Shown: piece by piece, positions 13,305-27,972 of the stretch
Layout of the letters: the number at the start of each line of letters is the position of its first letter
Position numbering within the stretch: position 1 is the stretch's first letter
Position numbers and translations under genes: made by a program
The notes under the pieces: model-generated
Databases searched by the model: none
Seen by the model: the letters and a program-made list of their open reading frames with translations, nothing else
What the model was told of the DNA's origin: nothing
Assembly (NCBI GenBank): GCA_951406725.2
Contig: OX597833.1
Location: 38,254,001 to 38,318,000, forward strand
Direction: 5' to 3'
Source: Octopus vulgaris
Lineage: Eukaryota
Length of the DNA: 64,000 bases

Positions 13305-16300
13305 CATAAATTTTTTCCTGTATGTATTTGGTCATATATTTATAGCTAAGTCAAAACAAGAAATCGATTTTTATGGCTTGGATGATAGAACGTTGGAGTA
13401 AATCATGGCAATGTTTAGTTCCATTTTGCAAACTCAGTTTCCACAGATCAAATCTCAAGCGAGTTGACTTTTTCTTTTCATCCATTAGGGTCTGTTATCT
13501 TAGACACATCTTATACAAATATTCTTGTTTGTCAAAAGAAATTCATTTTTAGTTGAATTTCCCCACTCTGAAGAGATAAAGGAACTGTTAGTAATATTCT
13601 GAAAATTTACCAGACAGAATTGTTTGAGGTTCAGGGAGAGAGAGAAGTTATGAAGTTAGTCTCATACAAGAAGAGTTTAGTCATTTCTGTGGGCTTAACT
13701 ATTCAACAACATCTGTCACAGAACAGGTGTTGCCTGTTATGGTTATTAACATCAGGTTGCAATTTCACTTTATATTTCCTTGTAGCCACATGTACACATA
13801 TCTGTACATAATTTTGTTTTATATGTATTTTTCTCTTAGCATAATTGGAAGAGATTTGCAAACTTATGTGTTCAAACATATATGTTTGTATATAACTCTG
13901 TGTGTGTGTGTGTGTATGAAGAAATGAATAAAACATTTTGAGGTTTGCAGGCTTGAAATGATTTGAAGCATGATAGCTTGTCTCAAGATGTTATGATAGG
14001 CAAAAACTTTGTACAAAAAGATGTGACATTTCCCTGAGTAAATGTAGAAAGAAAGAAGTATATGTACAAGAGATTACTGACCAGAGGTATATCATGGACA
14101 GTGTAGAAATAGTCTATCACCAGAGAAGCCTGTAGCAGATCTCTTTGAGGCAATTGTAAATGAAACAGTTTTAGATGTATTTATTTCTACTTACATATCT
14201 GTGCAGTCTATTAGGCCTGTATATGTTAATGGTAACCATGTCATTAGCCCTTTAGTGACTATGTGTATATATATATAATCTAATGAAACACTTACGTATT
14301 TTTAATTTTGAAAATAGTCATGAATTGGCAGGGGTGAAAAAAAATATCTATGTCATTTATTAGTTTATTAAGCTGATGTTTGGAATGTAGTTAAAGTTTT
14401 TTTTGCACATAATTATGATGACAGGTTTTAATTTAATTATGAACATTTTAAAATACTGGTAGAAGCAAGGTGGTTTCAGGTAGGTTGATGTAAGTGTTCA
14501 GCTGACAGAAAGAGTGCCAGTCTACATTGCAGATAGCTTTTTATTTTTTGTTATATGAGAAGAATTAAATTGTGTACTGCAAGCTAATGAGCTGATTTTT
14601 GTTTTTACAATGTTGCTGCTGTTTACATCACTCTGCTGAGGGTTAAGTGTATTAAGCACATGTATTTCAATGACTCAATATCAACAAACTGTTGGCTATT
14701 GTTTGTTTGCCTATTTTCTACCCTATCATGCTTTTGATTGAGATCACAAAGACTGAAAGTTGTGAGAAGTTTTTAATCAACTGGTATGAGTTATCAGGAA
14801 CCACAAACAATTGTCTGATTAGTATATGGGGGAATCACCTTTGTCTAATATACATGAAGGTGGGTAATCCATGTATATAGTAAGTGCACAAGAGATGCAG
14901 TGTGGTCTCTTGTAAACTGATTTTGAAACAGACCTTTTGATGCGCAGATGTATCAGAGTAGCTAATAACATAACAACAGAGCAGTTCTGGAGTGTTATTT
15001 GCAGGAAAAGATAGGAAGTAAGTTCTGTTATGTTAGGTGATATAATTGTTGCTGTACTTCCTAGTTAGAGCAAGAGAATAATATTTCATTAGTTAACCCC
15101 TAACACAAATAAATGGAAATAAAACGTTTTATTTTCTTAGTCAGAACCAAGATGTATTTCCCATTAATCATTGTTATATCCACTGATATTTGAAAGATAT
15201 GTTGCTTTCTACAGAAGTGTATATTTTCTGTGCTATTTAATTTTACTTTTGACTTATATTTTTATATAACCAGCATTGTTAATGCGTCTTATTCTTATTT
15301 AAATATATTACTGATTTCGTTTCTCATATACCCAGGACATACTCAGGTAATTTGCTAGTAAAGTAAAATTTGACAAAATAATAGAAAATATTTAAAAAAA
15401 TATTTTGCTTGTATATAATTCATAAAAAAGGTAAACAAAAGGGAAATTGGTGTCTTAGTTTCAGTATTTTCTAAACTACCAGAGCGGACATCAAGCAAGA
15501 AATGAAACTGGGTAACCAGAGATACTTCTTTGCTTTGTATTTGGATCTGTCAAATAAGTGAGGAGGTAACGGCAGGAGTATACCATAAATTTAAGGAATT
15601 AATGGTATCATAATTACTGTAGGGTTCAAAAGAAGTGGAAGAAGTTTTGAGAACTGTTATGCCTACAGTTAGAAGTGTTTATCTCCCTGAATAGCAGATT
15701 GTATAATTATAGTCATTTTTAAGTTGGGCACAATACTATATGTTCTTGGAGAAGGAACAATTGATTAAATTAATTCAGAATATTACTAGTACTCTGTGGA
15801 TCCTGGCAAAATTTTAACTTGGAATGGAAAAGATTGTAACTAAATATTGCCCCTCTGGCAATTCTACCATTTGCTGTCCTAATAATAGCAAATAAAATAA
15901 TGTTTTCTATGACAGGTATCTGACCAGTTTTTAAATGAGGGTCTTGTCTAGTCAATTATATCGGCACTATTACTCGACTGGTACTTAATTGTATCACTCC
16001 TTCCATCCTACACACACTCCCCAGGTGATTGAAAGGTAAAGTTGATTCCAGTGGTATTTGAATTCGGCAGAATATCAATAAGTTTGATACTGTATAGTAG
16101 TACATGTCGGAAACATTTAAGAATTAGACAACAGGATGTTGAGAATGTTGTTCTGTTGATACAGTTAAGAAAGAGATGGTTGGGTGAAGACAATGAATTG
16201 AAGCAGCAACTGGATGTACAAGAGAATCGGTGACAAATATATGAGTAAGGGTGATTAGTGTCGTTTGTTTTAACTTCTGGTCAACTCTGATTGAACAGAC

Positions 16301-16798
16301 GTTCCAGTTGTGACCACCACATCATTTTAAGGCTAAATCTAGGACTATCTTATCAAATGTGATCCTCTTTTTGCTTTAAGATGGATAGGTATGAATTGCA
16401 AGAGACTTGGCTGCTGTTTCTAACTAGCCGAGCAATTCCGCAGACTCCATAGTAGATTCAGACATAATGAGATTGGGTTGGTGGTAGGGTATATGGTTGG
16501 TGGAAACTGATTTGATATTGGTGTAAGTTACTGTAGTAGAGCGATGTTGCCTTTTTTTAGTCCCAGTTGGCACTGGTCTAGCAGAACTTATGATTAACAT
16601 GTTCACCCCTTGATCTTTTTAAAGTTGGAATGTGATTAGGACTAAATTTTCTGTTTGCTAACCTTTTAATTGCATAGACTATAATTTTATAAAGACTTGA
16701 CTGCTATTTGTTGGAAGTTGGATACTGCGTAAAAGCTTACGCATTATACTAATGTAATTATGTGTCTATGTACACACACACACGCACACATATATACA

Positions 16799-16844
<46 letters not shown>

Positions 16845-16996
16845 AACACACACAAACATACATATATATGCATATATTTATATATAGATACATGCACTCA
16901 TACATATACATGCATATATATATAGAGAGAAAGTGACACACACACGCACAAACATACAGTTATATATACACATGATTATTTTACATGTTCTTTGTA

Positions 16997-17143
<147 letters not shown>

Positions 17144-17779
17144 ACCAAAGAACCGGTCTGACTGTGTGTAAGAGAGAGAGAGAAAGAGAATTTGGAAAGA
17201 GATAGAGAGTTACGAAGCATCATGATGAATTATATGCATTATCTTGATTCTCATGTTAAAACTGTTCGTTGTGAGATCCCGTGACTTCAGTCGTCTGTAA
17301 GACAATTGAACAAAATTCTGTCAAATCTGTTAAAATCATACCGGCTCTCGCTTACATCTGCACGCACACACACACACTTATGTAAAGCTTGTCTGTATTA
17401 TACACATTTATTGTTCTATTGCTGCTTTGATAAGAATACACATACTTGTGTAGATGTTGGTTTACCTTGATTACAAAATCTCGTTGCAATGTTATATAAT
17501 AAAGCTGCTGCTTCAGCCGGTCAAGTCTGTGGTTTCATTGTTGTTATAATAGTTATTAGAAATATTTACTTGAGTGTCAATTAATATGAGAATTAATATG
17601 GAAGTTCATTGATTTATTGATTTAGATTTCCACTGTTCTGAGGTACTTTTTTTTTTCTATTCTACTGCCCATTTGCATACTTAAATTTTCTACCTTAAAT
17701 AGCATTTTGTCTAGGAAGTCTGTTGCTTGTCTTTTGTTTAGTATTTGTTTATAAGAACATTTCTAAGGATGAGTAAAAA

Positions 17780-18767
17780 ACATGTCCATGTATGTGCGTG
17801 TGTCTGTGTGCAACTGTACATCTGCGTGTATACTGTATGTATGTGGGTATATGCTTGTACGTGTTTGTATGTGTGTGTATGTCTGTGTGTGTGTGTGTGT
17901 ATGTATATACATGCACGTGTGTGTGTATGCGTGTGTGTGTGCATGTATGCATATGCATGTATATATATGTTTTTATATAATTGTGTATGTACATGTATGC
18001 AAGCAAATATGTACCTCCAGGTATGCATGCATACATGTACCTGGATCTATGTCTGTATACTTGTAGATATATGTATACATATATGTAACTATATATATAT
18101 GTAACTATATATATATGTAACAATAACCATATATATGTACAGCTGGGTATGTGTACATATGTATGGCTGTGCATATGTGTATGTTTGGATATGTATGCAT
18201 GTATGTACATAATTGTGTATGTACATGTATACGAGTATATATGTACGTGCAGGTATGCATGCATGCATGTACCTGGATTTGTGTCTGTATACATATAGAT
18301 ACATGCATACATACATGTAACTATGTATATGTAACAATAACCATATATATATATGTACTTCTGTGCATATATATGTATATGTACATATGATGTACGGCTG
18401 GGTATATGTACATATGTATGGCTGTGCATATATGTATGTACATAACTCTACATATGTTTGTATACCTAACGCTCAGCATATGTGTATATACATAACGCTC
18501 TGCATATGTGTATATACATAGCACTCTGCATTTGTGTATATACATAACTCTGTACATATGTGTATATATAACTCTGTGCATGTGTGTGTACATATCTGTG
18601 CATATGTGTGTGTATACATATCTCTGTGCATATGTGTGTATATATATAGATCTCTATGCATATGTGTATATATAGAGATCTCTGTACATATGTGTATATA
18701 TATATATATAGATCTCTGAGTATATGGGTGTGTGTGTGTGTATATATATATCTTTATATATATATAT
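17780..18767. repeat. Complex purine-pyrimidine alternating tract with a ~230-bp tandem duplication
   Basis: Blocks starting near 17978 and 18209 share ATAATTGTGTATGTACATGTAT...CAGGTATGCATGCA...ACCTGGAT. Confidence 0.8.
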
Positions 18768-18997
18768 GTTTCTTTATTACCCACAAGGGGCTAAACATAG
18801 AGGGGACAAAGAAGGACAGACAAACGAATTAAGTTGATTACATCGACCCCAGTGCGTAACTGGTACTTAATTTATCGACCTCGAATGGATGAAATGCAAA
18901 GTCGACCTCGGCGGAATTTGAACTCAGAATGTAACGGCAGACGAAATACGGCTACACATTTTGCCCTGCGTGCTAACGGTTCTGCCAGCTCGCCGCC
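18768..18997 (-). mobile_element. tRNA-derived SINE, family B (Nin/Deu-domain), full length
   Basis: Minus strand reads GGCGGCGAGCTGGCAGAA...GAGTTCAAATTCC GCCGAGGTCGACTTTGC..TTCATCC.TTCG.GGTCGATAAA; flanked by duplicated TATATCTTTATATATATA. Confidence 0.85.
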
Positions 18998-19004
18998 TTT
19001 ATAT

Positions 19005-19240
19005 ATCTTTATATATATAAAACTGAGAATGTGTGTCTGTCTGTCTGTGTGTTTCCCTAAAACTTGAGAACTACACAACCAATTTCATTCAAATTTTACA
19101 CATTCCTTATTTAGGGTCCGGGGAGTTTCATCGGCAAAAACTTTTTGCCTAGGGCGAGCCCACAGCAATATCAAATCTTCTCCACTACGATTCCTTAAAA
19201 CTTGAGAACTACATAACCAATTCCATTCAAATTTTACACA
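19005..19240 (+). mobile_element. Helitron-like 5' fragment with internal duplication
   Basis: TCTTTATATATATAAAACTGAG..(GTCT)n start resembles the 5' end at 8040. CCTAAAACTTGAGAACTACA...TTTTACACAT occurs twice. Confidence 0.55.
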
Positions 19241-19242
19241 TA

Positions 19243-21335
19243 TGTGAAGCTGGTGTAAGATACAGCCATGAACTCACTTTATTTGTTGGGTCTTCACAGT
19301 CACAACATATCTCCAGAGGTCTTGGTTTTCCGTCATTGCCTCTGTGAGGCCCAATTTTTGAAGGTCATACTTGACCACCTCATCCCATGTGTTCCTGGGT
19401 CTACCTCTGCCCCAGATTTCTTCAACTATTTGGGAGTGGCACTTCTTCACACATCTCTCCTTATCTATCCGTAGTACATGACCATACCAGTGCAAACGTC
19501 TCTTTTGCATGCCACATCCAATTCTTCTCTCATTTCTCTCAGGGCGCTTACACTCAGTCGTGTGTGCACACTAACATTACACATCCAGCGATCATGCTAG
19601 CTTCATGTCTTTCAAGCCTAAACATGTCTTCCACAGTCACGGTCCATGTTTCACTGCCATGAAGCATGGCAGTTTGCATACATGCATCGTACAATCTACC
19701 TTTCACTCTGAGCGAGAGACCCTTTGTCACCAGTAGGTGTAGAAGCTTTCTAAACTTTGCCCAGGCTATTCTTATATTAGTGGTAACACTTTCTGAGCAT
19801 CCACCACCACTACTAACTTGGTCACCTAGGTAGCGGAAGCGATCAATTACTTCTAGTTTCTTCCCCTGGAGTCTGATGGAATCTGTGGTGTCTATTGCCC
19901 TTGTGCATCTGCCGCGCACGAAAGCTATCTGCTTGGTTAATCTTCCTTATGTGTCCATAGCTTACATTGAGAACATCTTATGGAGTTTCTACCTACACCT
20001 TTTCTACAGATCAAGCAGGGCCACCTACATGTGGGGGTGTGTGATGAGTTTGCCTTCCTACTTACTAGAACTTTGGTCTTTGCTACATTGACTCTAAGGT
20101 CTTTTGATTCTAAACCTAGCTTCCAGACATGAAATTTCTTTTCTAGTTCCGGTAGTGATTCTGCTATGAGGACCAGGTCATCAGCATAGAGGAGCTCCCT
20201 GGGGCAACCTGTCATGAATTCCTCTGTTATTGTCTGGGGGACTATGATGAATAAAAGGTAACTGAGGGCTGAACCTAGGCGGTCTCCTACTTCTTCCTGG
20301 AGTTCTTTACTATACTCATTGCCAATCCTAACCTTTCTAATGGCCTCTCTGTATAGGTCCTGTACAGCTCTTATTTACCATTCATCAATCTCCAGTTTCT
20401 GTATCACCCACCAGATAAGGGATTGGGGGACCCTGTCAAAGGGTGTCTCCAAGCCCACAAAAGCTAAGTATAGGGGTTTATCTTTAGCTAGGTATTTCTC
20501 CTGCAGTTGTCGAGCCAGGAATATGGTATCAGTGGTGCTTCTACCCGGCACAAAACCGAACTGCATCTCATCTAAGCAGACTCTCTCCCTAATGAGATGG
20601 GCTATCACCCTCTCTGTGACCTTCATTACCTGATCCAGCAGTTTGTCTGTAGCTCTATCTCCCTCTCCTCAAATTGCTTGATGAGGATGTCCCTAAATCT
20701 CTGACCATGTGAAAGGTTCTTTAGCTTCCAAATCCTTTTTTGGATTGGTCTGATTCTTGGTATGCTTCCGGCCTTGAACCTAAAGTCACTAATGACTAGC
20801 CTATGCTGGGGGGTACATTCTTCACCCAGGAGGGTCTTTGTATTTAAGAGCAACTCTGCATCCCACTGTCTGGCGAGGATGAAATCACTCTGGCTAGCAG
20901 AGTACCCTTATTGATAGGTTATCAGGTTGTCTCTAGCTTCCTGATACCAGTGAAGATACCAGATTCCCACCCACCATATCTATTAAAATTACCAGCCACA
21001 AAGATGAGGTCATTGCCACATGTCTTTGAGGTAGCCTGTAGAAGGGTATAATAAAAGTGGTCCTTCTGATCATTTGGTAGCTCTGCATGTGGGGTGTAGG
21101 CGGAGATAATTGCAACTGTGCTGTTCTGCAGGACTAGCCTCAGATTAAGCACTCAACCGCATACCCTAACAAACTCTATGACATTATCCACCCATTTCTC
21201 CGCTAGGAGTATGCCTACACACCCTACACCATCCAGGTTACTTTGCCAGGAGAATTTATGCCTTGCTGAAGCTCCTCTCCATCTTACCTCTTGTATGCAG
21301 CATACATCAACCGGTCTCCTTTCAAGCATCTCTAC
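19243..21335 (-). mobile_element. Degenerate RTE-clade LINE (APE endonuclease plus reverse transcriptase)
   Basis: Fragments: DVCCIQEVRW, IISAYTP, QHRLVISD (APE); QFGFVPGRSTTD, YLAFV.LE..FDRVP, LLYADDLVL, FRYLG, MLHGSETW, RRLHWYGHV, RGRPRNTW (RT and C-terminus). Frameshifts and deletions present. Confidence 0.92.
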
Positions 21336-21341
21336 AATCTC

Positions 21342-21395
<54 letters not shown>

Positions 21396-21404
21396 CACAT
21401 ATAC

Positions 21405-21807
21405 AGGTGCAGGAGTGGCTGTGGTAAGCAGATTGCTTAACAACTACATGGTTCCGGGTTCAGTCCCTCTGCATGGCACCTTTGGCAAGTGTCTTGTGAA
21501 TGGATTTGGTGGACGGAAATTGAAAGTAGCCCATCGTATATATGTATATACATGTGTGTGCTTCTGTGTTTCTCCAACATCACTTGACAACCGATGCTGG
21601 TGTGTTTACATCCTCATAACTTAGCGCTTTGGCAAAACAGACCGATAGAATAAGTACTAGGCTTACAAAGAATAAGTCCTGGGGTCGATTTGCTTGACTA
21701 AAGGCGGTGCTCCAGCATGGATGCAGTGCGGTGCTCCAGCATGGATGCAGTGCGGTGCTCCAGCATGGATGCAGTCAAATGACTGAAACAAGTAAAAGAG
21801 TAAAGAG
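21405..21807 (+). mobile_element. SINE family A with a 24-bp unit triplicated near the tail
   Basis: Homologous to 5321; GCGGTGCTCCAGCATGGATGCAGT x3 at about 21704-21775. Confidence 0.85.
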
Positions 21808-22304
21808 TATATATATAAAAATATATACACACAGACACAAACACACACACATATATATATACACACACATATGTATATACATATATACATACACATATAT
21901 TTATGTATATATATATATTATATATATATACATATATATACATAAACATACATATATACACACATATATATAGCCATATATGCATATACGTATATATATA
22001 TATATATATATATATATAACATATATATATATATATATATATACATCTATATATACACATATATATATATACATATATATATACATATATATACATATGT
22101 ATATATATATATACATATATATCTATAGATATCATCATCATCATCATCATTAAATGATGATGATGATGATGATGATATCTATAGATATAGATGTATATAT
22201 ATATAATATATACATATGTAGATAGGCGCATATGTAGATAGGCACATATGTAGATATATATCTACACATGTACCTATGTAGATTAGTATATGTACATACA
22301 TTGG

Positions 22305-22360
<56 letters not shown>

Positions 22361-22380
22361 AACACATACACACATGTATA

Positions 22381-23040
22381 TCATTACCCTCATCGTTTAA
22401 CGTCCACTTTCCATGCTAGCATGGGTTGGACGATTTGACTGAGGTCTGGCGAACCAGATGGCTGCACCAGACTCCAATCTGATCTGGCAGAGTTTCTACC
22501 ACTTGATGCCCTTCCTAATGCCAACCACTCCATGGTTGCTATTAGTGGGTGCTTTTACATGCCACCGGCACAAGGGCCAGTTAGGTGGTACTGGCAATGG
22601 CCACGCTCAAATGGTGCTTTTTATGTGCCACCTTCACAGGAGCCAGTCCAGTGGCACTGGTAACGACGTTGCTCGGATGTCGTTTTCATGTGCCACGAGC
22701 ACAATGCTAGTAAGGCAACGCAGGTAACGATCACACTCGAATAGCGTTTTAAACGTGCCATCAGCACGGAGCCCAGCTTGTTGCTCTGGCAATGATCTCA
22801 CTCGTATGGTGCTCTTAGCGGCCACTAGCAATGGATGCCAGTCACCGAGTTTGATTTTGATTTCAATTTCAGTTGCCTAAACAGGTCTTCGTAAGCAGAG
22901 TTTAGTGTCCAATGAAAGAAAGGCACGCATAAGTGGACTGGATACACCCCTGGCATAGGCCACAAGGTTATGGTCTCACTTGCGCTTGCCGAGTCTTCTC
23001 AGGTACTGCATATTTCCAGAGGTCCCGGTCACTAGTCATT
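22381..23040 (-). mobile_element. 5'-truncated RTE LINE (ORF end plus 3'UTR)
   Basis: MTSDRDLWKYAVPEKTRQA followed by a 3'UTR homologous to 1141-1790. Confidence 0.85.
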
Positions 23041-23072
23041 ACATATACATATATATTTGTGTGTGTGTGTGT

Positions 23073-23167
<95 letters not shown>

Positions 23168-23196
23168 CACACACACACATATATATATACACACAC

Positions 23197-23283
<87 letters not shown>

Positions 23284-23399
23284 CATATATATATACACAT
23301 ACATATATATATTAATAAATAAAATAAAACATATGCATATATATAAACATATATGTACGTACCTACCTCTACATGTACATATACATGCATATATGTGTA

Positions 23400-25670
23400 C
23401 AGGACACTAAAAGGACGTCGAACACAATGAGAAACGAAAACATAGACACAAACCAAAGGAACTGGACATTTTTTTAAAACAACAAAAAAAAAAAAAGACT
23501 ACAGGACAATTAACACAAAGAAAAAACCCCTTCTTCAGTCGCTATGGTTTCATCTACTCTACGTTTCGAAGGATAAAAGCGAGATGTATCTTCGACAAGA
23601 AACTTTCCTTCCTGCGAAAAGCAAATCAATTAAAATTCTGAGATCTTTTCGCAGAGGGTTAAAAAATGGTAACAAAAACAGGACAGTAACGACAGTACAA
23701 GATGTTTGAAAACGCCACTATTTTAGATAAATTTTAATTTTCTTATGAATTTTACATGTTTCGGTTCTTGAAAAAACGAACCTTATCAAAAATATTATAA
23801 AAAGTGTAATGGAGAAGTTCATAATCGTTTCTAACTGGTCTCAATAGAATCCATGTTCTTGAAAAAACGACCCTTATCAAAAAATATTATACAAAGTGAA
23901 AATTGAAAAGTTCATAATCGTTTCTTACTGTTCTCAATAGAATCCATGTGGTAGTGTTTTGTCGGTAGTTGGTATAAATCGCTATATTCCTGTTGAGTGT
24001 ATTGAAGAAGTCCATTATTGTTTCTTGCTGGTATTAAAAGGAACCGCTTTTTTGTTACCTTGTGTTCCAATGGTAGCAACAGTAGTGATTGTTGGTCATA
24101 GTAGTTGGTCGTAATTTTGGCAACCTTGGTGGTGGTTGGGGTTAGTAGTAGAGGACTGTTGATCGTAGCAGCAAAAGTGATGGGTTCACTGGCACTGTTC
24201 ACTGACGTCACATAATTCCAAACCAATCAAAACCAAACTTCAACGAAGACCCCCAACTGTATCCTGTAAGGAAACCAACCAAGTAGAACGACAAGCTTGA
24301 CCACGGAAGAAAAACGTCATCAATTTTTTAACAAATCAAAATCAGCTCTGACCCATAACTGTATCCTGTAAGGAAACCAACCAAGCAGAACGACAAGCTT
24401 GACCATGGAAGAAAAACGTCATCAATTTTTTAACGAATCAAAATCAGATCTGCTCGCAGAAAAAAATTTGTTTATAAATTCATTTTTCCCTAAAACATAC
24501 CACTGCAAGCGGGAGTGACTGTTTAAAGATCTGAGAAATTGTAATTCCACAATTGTAATTGTGGTAGAATTTCATTTTTCCTTTTCGGAAGACCAATGTT
24601 TTGTTTTAATATTCCTGGCCCAGGGTGTTTAAACTTGGTCTAAATTTTTTGATGAAATAAAGTTCTTTATTTTGGCGTTGGGTGAAGGTTACGCTGTCAC
24701 TGAATTTGTAAAGTGGGTAAGTTGTAAATTTCGGACTTTCATTTGTAGCACATCTATCTATGTGTCCGCTGACCAGTATTTTCCGGTATTCAGGGTTTCT
24801 AATTTGGGATTTATGCAACGCCATCCTTTTACGTAAGCTATTTTTTGTATGGCCTATATACTGCCTATTGCAGCCTGCGCATGTTAAGACGTAAATTACG
24901 TTTTCTGATGCACAGGTGAAGTTTGTTCTAATGGTGAACTGATGGCCTTGTTCTAGTATAAATTCTGAACCTTCTACCAAGATGACACAGATTCCACAGT
25001 TGGGCCTTCCACATTTTCTAACTGCTGGTTTTGTGGTTGATGTTGAGTGCAGTTTAGCTTGGGTTAAAATCCTTAAAATGATGGTGTGTGTTTCGATGAT
25101 CTGGTTCATCTTTGGGTCTCCCTTTAGTAGTGCTGTGCTTTGTAGTATGGTGCTGAAGGCTTCATTGTTAAGTGGGTTGTGTGTAGAGATGTAGGGAAGG
25201 GTTTTTAATTTTTCTTTCTTTTTTGGTTTTGTTTGTCTCAGGTCTTCTATACTTAATTTAAGTGCCCGTTGGATTGCACTGTCTATTAGGGGATGTGGAT
25301 AATTTCTATTTATGAGTGTAGTTCTAAGTTCCTGGAGACGTGTGTGTCGGGTGTTTGTGTCTGATATTATGGTGCAAATCCTTCTAGCTAAATAAAAAGG
25401 GACATTTATTCTAGTGTGTCTTGGGTGGCATGAATCAAAGCGTAGGTACTGTTTGGAGTCTGTCAGTTTATGATAGATATCTGTCTCTATTTTGTTGCCG
25501 GCTTTCTTAATGAGGATGTCTAAAAATGGTAATTCCTCTTCGTTATGATCCATCGTGAATTGTATATTATCATTTATTCCATTTAATAGTATTTTAAATT
25601 CCTCAAGTTTCTCTATACTTTTATCCCAGAGGATAAAGCAGTCGTCGAGGTATCTTTTCCAGTTGTTCTG
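23400..25670 (-). mobile_element. Penelope-like retroelement including a long 3' region
   Basis: Unique sequence continuous with the ORF and bounded by microsatellites on both sides. It holds two internal tandem duplications (about 23765-23948 and 24256-24451). Confidence 0.7.
24606..25670 (-). CDS. Penelope-like element ORF, 5'-truncated: RT C-terminal part plus GIY-YIG endonuclease
   Basis: WKRYLDDCF (RT YxDD), [28 protein letters not shown], a Cys linker [10 protein letters not shown], and [15 protein letters not shown]...RKRMALH...ELYFI...PSLN. Neptune/Naiad-like architecture. The ORF-track N-terminus is microsatellite read-through. Confidence 0.9.
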   Translation of the reverse strand, partial: QNNWKRYLDDCFILWDKSIEKLEEFKILLNGINDNIQFTMDHNEEELPFLDILIKKAGNKIETDIYHKLTDSKQYLRFDSCHPRHTRINVPFYLARRICTIISDTNTRHTRLQELRTTLINRNYPHPLIDSAIQRALKLSIEDLRQTKPKKKEKLKTLPYISTHNPLNNEAFSTILQSTALLKGDPKMNQIIETHTIILRILTQAKLHSTSTTKPAVRKCGRPNCGICVILVEGSEFILEQGHQFTIRTNFTCASENVIYVLTCAGCNRQYIGHTKNSLRKRMALHKSQIRNPEYRKILVSGHIDRCATNESPKFTTYPLYKFSDSVTFTQRQNKELYFIKKFRPSLNTLGQEY

Positions 25671-25671
25671 G

Positions 25672-25710
<39 letters not shown>

Positions 25711-26137
25711 TATACACACCTATATGTATATATATATATACACACCTATATGTATATATATATATATATATATATACACACCTATATGTATATATATATA
25801 CACACACCTATATGTATATATATATACAGAGACCTATGGTTATACATATATAGATATATATGTATACAAATACATGTATGTATATATATATACATATATG
25901 CATACATTTACATATATGTATACATATGCACATATATATACATTTATATATATGCATATACGTATATATGTGCATATATATATATGCATATATATATATA
26001 TACATATATATCTGTATATATACATATATGCATGTGTATACATATGCACACACATTATATATATATATATATATAGATATATATATACATATATACACAC
26101 ACACACACACACATATATACACACACACATATATACT

Positions 26138-26185
<48 letters not shown>

Positions 26186-26580
26186 TCTCTTTTACTTGTT
26201 TCACTTGTTTGACTGTGGCCATGCTGGAGCACCACCTTTAGTCCACGAAATCGACCCCAGGACTTATTGTTTGTAAGCCTAGTACTTATTCTATTGGTCT
26301 CTTTATGCCGAACCACTAAGTTACGGTGATGTAAACACACCAGCATCGATTGTCAAGCGATGTTGGGGGGGACAAACACAGACCCCCCCACACACATATA
26401 TACATACATATACATATCTACGACGGACTTCTTTTCAGTTTTCGTCTACCATATCCACTCACAAGGCTTTGGTCGGCCCGAGGCTATAGAATACACTTGC
26501 CCAAAGTGCCATGCAGTGGGACTGAACCCGGAACCATGTGGTTGGTAAGCAAGCTACTTACCACACAGCCATTCCTGCAT
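26186..26580 (-). mobile_element. SINE family A
   Basis: Reverse complement of the 5321 element. Confidence 0.85.
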
Positions 26581-26726
26581 CTGTTTATTGATTTATGGTG
26601 AAGATGAATTCCATGTCAATAATGAGCTTACAAAACTACACCAATTCACCAAATATGAATTCAGTTAGAACAAAAATTTAAGAAATGGAAAAAGTTCAGC
26701 CAAACAGAAAAGATCCTATTTTTAGA

Positions 26727-27118
26727 GGCGCAGGCGTGGTTGTGTGGTAAGTAGCTTGCTTACCAACTACATGGTTCTGGGTTCTCATCCCACAGCATGA
26801 CACCTTGGGGAAGTGTTTTCTACTATAGCCTCAGGCTGACCAATGCATTGAGTGGATTTGGGAGACAGAAACTGAAAGAAGCCTGTCGTGTATATATGTG
26901 TGTGTGTGTGTGTTTGTGTATGTTTGTCCCCTCACTATTGCTTGACAACCGATGTTGGTATATTTATGTCCCCATCACTTAGCAGTTCAGCAAAATAGTC
27001 CAATAGAATAAGTACTAGGCTTACAAACAATAAGTCCTGGGGTCGATTTGTTCGACTAAAGGTTGTGCTCCATCATGGGTACAGTGAAATGACTAAAACA
27101 AATGAAAGAATAAAAGAA
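26727..27118 (+). mobile_element. SINE family A
   Basis: Homologous to the 5321 element. Confidence 0.85.
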
Positions 27119-27972
27119 TTTGCTTCTATGTGTGTGTATATAAAATATAATATATAAAATATATAATCATCATCATTTGCCTATCCACTTTTCCATGTTT
27201 ATGTGAGCAGATGGAGTCTATTGAGGCAGATTTTTTCTCTGTCTGGATGCTCATACTGCCAGCAACCCTCACCTGTTTACAAGAAAGGCAGTATTACGTT
27301 GAAAAGAAAGTCCTGTCACATTTTTGAAATGCTTACTTGGAGGGTATGCTTTTCAAAAGTAAGCATTTATGTTTACATTCTAATTTGTTTCCTTTCTTTG
27401 CAGTTTACTTTATACCAGAGTGGTTAAATTAGTGAGAATGAGTTTAAATCTGACTCATATTAGACACTGCATGCTGTATTAATTCAAAAGAGGCTCTTCA
27501 ACAGTAGAAGTAGCAAGAAATATTAGTTATGACTATAGAAATGGAGCTGTAAGTGTTTGGATATGCCAGTGATGGTTTGACATGGCTCAGTAAAATATTT
27601 CTCTCCTAGATGCCCTTCAACCTGAGGATTAACTTCTGAAAATTGTAGTTGAAAATCCAAAGCAGACTTCATAGGAATTAGCAATAGAGTTCAATTCACA
27701 CTCTGATCATTAAACACCTTCAGGAACTGGGAAAATGTCTAAAATTTGCCAGTGGGTTCCTAATTGTCCAACTGCTTCTCAGCTTAATCAAAGAATTGCC
27801 TTCTGCTTTTCATTGAAGAGTGGACTTGCTACTGAAACTTTCCTGGGTAGAATCATTGATGTAAAATAGCTTCTCTACACTAATGTCCAAGAAAAATAAC
27901 AGCGGTTAGAACTTAAAATATAGAAATTTTGCTTCATCATTCTAAATTTTCTCACATTGCTCCATCTGATTA

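Noticed and set aside
21704-21775. Short direct repeats as a possible CRISPR array
   Set aside because: Perfect tandem units without spacers, inside a SINE, in a eukaryotic context.
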